Shown: positions 63,546-64,000 of the stretch, piece after piece
How positions within the stretch are numbered: the first letter of the stretch is position 1
Layout of the letters: each line of letters opens with the position of its first letter
Assembly: GCF_001194135.2 (NCBI RefSeq)
Contig: NC_068991.1
Location: 64,178,103-64,242,102 of the forward strand
Length of the DNA stretch: 64,000 nucleotides
Direction of reading: 5' to 3'
Source of the DNA: Octopus bimaculoides
Lineage: Eukaryota
Made by a program: the position numbers and the translations under genes
Notes under the pieces: model-generated
Told to the model about the DNA's origin: nothing
Databases searched by the model: none
What the model saw: only the letters and a program-made list of their open reading frames with translations

Positions 63546-64000
63546 CAGATATACATTGAAACGCACATACATAAATGTATGGCATTAACAACTGATAGTG
63601 CAATGATCGTTGTCAGTAATTGCATTAAAATAATCTCCTTGATCTTTCCCTGCGCTGTCGTTCTTTCATTTTTTTTAAATTTCGGTCATTTTGGATGTTA
63701 AAATCTTACTCATTCAACGAGTCACTCTGTGTTTCATTTTAAAATAAATTTTCTACATATATGTTATCTTTATCCTTTAAAAAAATCCCTACAAATATTC
63801 ATTTATATAGTAGGGGTAAAAATAAATAACCTTGTTCCCAATATAGGATACCAACAATTTGATACACTACAATAGAGTATGCGTGGAACGAACGTATTTT
63901 GTTTATAAAAGATATATTTTTCAATGCATAAGTAATGATAAAAGAGCATATATAGGATATATTCCTTACAGAGCAAAAAAAAATATGTCAGCAATCATAT

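Overview
AT-rich, microsatellite-dense eukaryotic (animal) genomic DNA with 11 N-gaps. The SINE families resemble those I recall from Octopus, so a coleoid cephalopod is the likely source (inference). I could not identify any intact host protein-coding gene, rRNA, tRNA gene or CRISPR array, so the window reads as a large intron or intergenic region. Nearly all supplied ORFs are microsatellite or N-gap artefacts or transposon fragments. Recognisable content is a layered record of transposable elements: two copies of a Tc1-type transposon with DD36E spacing (Incomer-like), one 5'-5' and one 3'-3' fold-back mariner derivative, an internally deleted mariner, short mariner MITEs, a decayed hAT (Charlie/Buster-type) transposase plus two hAT MITEs, R4/Dong-like RLE LINE fragments next to (TAA)n tracts, RTE and CR1/L2-type LINE fragments, a Penelope-like fossil, and many tRNA-derived SINEs of three families. 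The best leads are the DD36E Tc1 family (possible horizontal transfer), the two palindromic mariners (potential long dsRNA), apparent (TAA)n targeting by Dong-like LINEs, and a perfect 15-bp hairpin at 54540-54597. I see no strong evidence for a new multi-gene system. All alignments and identities were judged by eye.
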